From Methanococcus maripaludis (lineage in GTDB: Archaea; AGJL01; Methanococci; Methanococcales; Methanococcaceae), in assembly GCF_002945325.1 (NCBI RefSeq), contig NZ_CP026606.1, positions 390,001 to 422,000 on the forward strand: a stretch of DNA of 32,000 nucleotides. The letters run 5' to 3'. Of the stretch, positions 28,880-32,000 are shown piece after piece; position 1 is the stretch's first letter, and every line of letters begins with the position of its first letter. The position numbers and the translations under genes are program-made. Under the pieces are notes generated by a model, which ran no database searches, was not told the DNA's origin, and worked only from the letters and a program-made list of their open reading frames with translations.

Positions 28880-29482
28880 TTAAAGTTCTTCTTCAACGAT
28901 TTCTTTTATTTTCATTTCTTTTAATTTGTCGTATAATTCAGTAGCTTTTGCTTTTAAGTCATTTATTTCAGCGTAAGTTCTCAAAAGCTCTTGGTGTTTT
29001 TCAGCACTTACTCTCGCATTTTCGAGCACTTTTTTGTGTTCTTCTGAAGACTGGTTTACAAGAACTGAAATTCCATCAGACATTGTCTTTATCGTTTCAT
29101 TTAAGTCTTCTAACTCTACTGCTCTTTCGTATAACTTTCTGTGTGACTCGATTTCTCTAATCATGTCTTTTTCTTGATCCATAGACATTGGTTTAGTTTG
29201 AAGAGTAGTTTCTAACTGTTCTATTTTTTGTGCGAGATAAGACTTACTTATTTTCATTGATTTGAATTCAGCCAGCATATCAGCTCTTTTTTGCTTTAGG
29301 AGCCTGATATTTTCAATCTGATCTTTAACGTTTATATTTATATCTTCCCTTAAATCCTTGTATTTTTTAACGTCGTCGTTTGCTCTGTCCCTGATTTCTT
29401 TTAATTCTTTGGCATTTTCATACAATTCTTTTATCTGTGTATTTATTTCGTCAAGTTTAATTTTTATCGTATTGTAATCCAT
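28880..29482 (-). CDS. Long coiled-coil protein (COG1340-like)
   Basis: Continuous Glu/Lys/Leu-rich heptad-like sequence; GGTG ribosome-binding site upstream of the ATG at 29482, so the track start 29509 is probably too long. Confidence 0.7.
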   Translation of the reverse strand: MDYNTIKIKLDEINTQIKELYENAKELKEIRDRANDDVKKYKDLREDININVKDQIENIRLLKQKRADMLAEFKSMKISKSYLAQKIEQLETTLQTKPMSMDQEKDMIREIESHRKLYERAVELEDLNETIKTMSDGISVLVNQSSEEHKKVLENARVSAEKHQELLRTYAEINDLKAKATELYDKLKEMKIKEIVEEEL

Positions 29483-29607
29483 TTTCAACACCGAACCCCC
29501 ATTTAACATATTATAAATTTTTGTTGTAAGATATATAAATATTTTTATTTAAAACAAAGCAAAAAAGTTCGAAAAAAGCTGTTTTACGTCAAAAAAGCTG
29601 AAAAAAG

Positions 29608-30249
29608 TTAGTTAATGTGGTTCAATATTTCTTTTAAGTCCTTTTTATCGATACAAATGTCCGCCTTCGATCTTAAAATTTCTTTCGCGCAGAAAGCTAT
29701 TTTAAAGCCTGCTTTCTCAAACATGCTTATGTCGTTTGCCCCATCCCCGACTACAACCGTGTTTTTAAGAGAAATATTTTCATTTGCTGCAATTTTTTCC
29801 AATATGTCGCCTTTAGCAGTTTTACTCATTACTGGGCCGATTACTTCGCCTGTTAAAATTCCATTTTCAGACAAAAGAGTATTTGCATAAGAATAATCAA
29901 GTCCCAATACTTTTTTAACATGTTCAGCCCCAAAATCAAATCCACCACTAACAACAGCTGTAATATACCCTTGTTTTTTGAGTTCCAATATTAATTCCGG
30001 CGCACCATTCATTACAGGAATTTTTTCTGCAAATTTATAAAGTTTTTCAACAGGAATTCCTTTTAATAGTTTTACCCGTCTTCTTAATGATTCTTCAAAA
30101 TTTATATTGCCTTTCATTGCTTCGTTAGTTATTTTTTTAATTTCCGATTCGACACCTGCAAATTTTGCAATTTCATCAATTACCTCGCAGTCCGCAAGTG
30201 TACTATCTAAATCAAATAAAATAAGTTTTTTTACTAAATTATCTGTCAT
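29608..30249 (-). CDS. serB: Phosphoserine phosphatase
   Basis: LILFDLDSTLADCEVIDEIA, AVVSGGFDFGAEHVKK, VVGDGANDISMFEKAGFKIAFCAK. Confidence 0.94.
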   Translation of the reverse strand: MTDNLVKKLILFDLDSTLADCEVIDEIAKFAGVESEIKKITNEAMKGNINFEESLRRRVKLLKGIPVEKLYKFAEKIPVMNGAPELILELKKQGYITAVVSGGFDFGAEHVKKVLGLDYSYANTLLSENGILTGEVIGPVMSKTAKGDILEKIAANENISLKNTVVVGDGANDISMFEKAGFKIAFCAKEILRSKADICIDKKDLKEILNHIN

Positions 30250-30285
30250 TATTCCACCAATCGGTAAAAAGAAAAGTAAAAATAA

Positions 30286-31026
30286 TTATTTTAAGCATCC
30301 GATTCTTTCAGCAACGATTTTGTATTTTTCTAAAACATCGCCTAAGTCTTTTCTAAATACATCCTTATCTAACACATCTTTTGTTTCTTTGTCCCAAAGT
30401 CTCATTGTATCGGGGCTTATTTCATCAGCTACAACGATTTGTCCATCCGCGGTTTTTCCAACCTCGATTTTGAAATCAACTAACATTATTCCTTTTTCAT
30501 CAAAAAATCCTTTTAAAACGTCGTTTACTTTTAACGCGAGTTTTTTAATTTCAACCAATTCTTCTTCTGTTGCAAGCCCAAGTTCAATTGCAATTTCATT
30601 ATTTAACATTGGGTCCCCATAGTCGTCATTTTTGTAATCGTACTGTGTAACTGCCGTTTTTAATACCTGTCCTTGTTCGAATGGGTATTTTTTGCAGAGG
30701 CTTCCTGCAGCAATGTTTCTTACAATTACTTCTAAAGGAATTATTTTAACATTTTTTGCAATCATTATGTTTGGTTCGATGTATTCTATCAAATGTGTTG
30801 GAACGTTATTTTTTTCAAGCACGTTGAAAAGTTCTGTTGAAATTAACGTGTTTAAATATCCTTTTCCAGATTTTACGTCGTGTTTTGCACCGTTTCCAGC
30901 AGTTATATCGTCCCTAAATTCCACCAGAACTTCTTTTTCATTTTCTTCAATTTTGTAAATTGATTTTGCCTTTCCAGCATAAATTGGTTCATTTGCGAGT
31001 ATTTTTGAAATATCATATTTTGACAT
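30286..31026 (-). CDS. purC: Phosphoribosylaminoimidazolesuccinocarboxamide synthase
   Basis: YAGKAKSIYKIEENEKEVLVEFRDDITAGNGAK, VRNIAAGSLCKK, LVDFKIEVGK, VVADEISPDTMRLWD. Confidence 0.96.
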   Translation of the reverse strand: MSKYDISKILANEPIYAGKAKSIYKIEENEKEVLVEFRDDITAGNGAKHDVKSGKGYLNTLISTELFNVLEKNNVPTHLIEYIEPNIMIAKNVKIIPLEVIVRNIAAGSLCKKYPFEQGQVLKTAVTQYDYKNDDYGDPMLNNEIAIELGLATEEELVEIKKLALKVNDVLKGFFDEKGIMLVDFKIEVGKTADGQIVVADEISPDTMRLWDKETKDVLDKDVFRKDLGDVLEKYKIVAERIGCLK

Positions 31027-31056
31027 GATTTCACCAGATCTTCAAATTATAATATA

Positions 31057-31073
31057 ATAACAATTATTGTTAT
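31057..31073. promoter_or_regulatory. Inverted repeat ATAACAAT-T-ATTGTTAT beside the putative purC TATA box
   Basis: Perfect 8-bp arms with 1-nt spacer; TATA-like TTATATTATAAT immediately downstream on the minus strand. Confidence 0.4.
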
Positions 31074-31124
31074 AAATTAGATAGTAAAAATAAAAAAATC
31101 GAGAAGTAATGTGTTATATTTAAG

Positions 31125-32000
31125 TTATACTCTTTTTGCAACTTCCTGACCCATTTCACTTGTTGAAAGAGTACCGCCTAAATCAGGTGTTGTTAAACCA
31201 AGGCTTAAAACTTCTTCAAGAGCTTTTTCGACTTTTTCAGCAGCTTCATTTTCTTTTAAATATCTTAACATCATTACTGCGGTTAATATTGTTGCAGTTG
31301 GATTTGCAAGTCCTTTTCCAGCGATATCTGGAGCTGAACCGTGGATTGGTTCAAAAAGACCGTATTTGTCACCAACATTTCCAGATGGTGCCATTCCAAG
31401 TCCGCCAACCATTCCAACAGCCCCGTCTGACAAAATGTCTCCAAATAAATTCGATGTAACAACTATGTCAAATGTTTCAGGTCTTGAAATTATAAACATG
31501 TTCATTGCATCGACATAAAAGTCTTCAGTTTGTATATCTTTGTAATCATTTGAAACTTCGTAGAATGTTTTCTTAAATAACCCATCAGTTATTTTTAAAA
31601 CGTTTGCTTTGTGTGCACATGTGACTTTTCCGGCAGTTCCTTGTTTTTTCCTGTCTTTTGCCATTTCAAATGCGTGTTTGAATATTCTTTCAGATGCATC
31701 TTTGGTAATAACCCTTGTTGCAACGGTAACTCCGTCTGCAATTTCAGCTTCAATGCCTTTATAGAGGCCTTCTGTGTTTTCCCTTACTATTATGTAGTCG
31801 ATACCTGTTTTTAGGCAGTTTATTCCATTGTATGATTTTACTGGCCGTATATTTGCATAAGTATCCAATATTTTTCTCAATTTTACAATAACATCAGCGG
31901 CAGTCTCTCCAGCAGCACCGAATAATATTGCATCAGCAGCTTTTGCAGCAACAATTGTTTCTTCTGGAAGTGCTACTCCTGTTTTTTCAAATACCTCGTC
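31125..32000 (-). CDS. Isopropylmalate/isohomocitrate dehydrogenase family (LeuB/AksF-like), N-terminus outside window
   Basis: Reading continues beyond the track ORF to the window edge (DEVFEKTGVALPEETIVAAKAADAILFGAAGETAADVIVKLRKILDTYANIRP); YIIVRENTEGLYKG, DAMNMF, VTSNLFGDILSD, EPIHGSAPDIAGKG. Confidence 0.9.
   Translation of the reverse strand, partial: DEVFEKTGVALPEETIVAAKAADAILFGAAGETAADVIVKLRKILDTYANIRPVKSYNGINCLKTGIDYIIVRENTEGLYKGIEAEIADGVTVATRVITKDASERIFKHAFEMAKDRKKQGTAGKVTCAHKANVLKITDGLFKKTFYEVSNDYKDIQTEDFYVDAMNMFIISRPETFDIVVTSNLFGDILSDGAVGMVGGLGMAPSGNVGDKYGLFEPIHGSAPDIAGKGLANPTATILTAVMMLRYLKENEAAEKVEKALEEVLSLGLTTPDLGGTLSTSEMGQEVAKRV

Noticed and set aside
30107-30622. 171-aa plus-strand ORF across serB and purC
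   Set aside because: Antisense shadow ORF spanning two well-supported genes and their intergenic region; Ser/Ile/Phe-rich without domain features.
1-32000. Search for CRISPR arrays, transposases, toxin-antitoxin pairs, restriction systems or phage genes
   Set aside because: No regularly spaced repeats, terminal inverted repeats with transposase motifs or known defence domains were recognised; gene content is housekeeping or cell-surface.

Overview
This window reads as an ordinary AT-rich chromosomal segment of a Methanococcus maripaludis-like methanogen. The preflagellin peptidase, SlaB-like S-layer paralog and methanogen cofactor genes support that assignment. I annotate about 30 protein genes. 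They include molybdenum-cofactor genes (mobA partial, moaA, moeA fused to a periplasmic-binding-like domain) and an FKBP isomerase. Two cell-surface proteins share a C-terminal S-layer-type module. An HTH-cupin regulator, thioesterase and acyl-CoA synthetase form one cluster. Others are a likely methanofuran gene (mfnD), taw2, flaK, argF, hisB, serB, purC, a leuB/aksF homolog (partial), a DHH phosphoesterase, and AMMECR1 plus its radical SAM partner. I saw no tRNA, rRNA, CRISPR array or transposase, and no clear new defence system or mobile island. The observations most worth a second look are: (1) an 8-nt G homopolymer plus near-identical 54-bp-spaced repeats inside a 3.2-kb beta-helix surface-protein gene (possible contingency locus); (2) two genes with good Shine-Dalgarno motifs but no AUG/GUG/UUG at the expected start, both with ATA in position; (3) a strong dyad upstream of the HTH-cupin/acyl-CoA operon, and palindromes next to the argF and purC TATA boxes; (4) a divergent, acidic SlaB paralog; (5) moeA embedded between the AmmeMemoRadiSam genes; (6) a KH protein with a degenerate PP-loop-like domain next to mfnD. 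All family names come from recognising sequence motifs, not from a database search.
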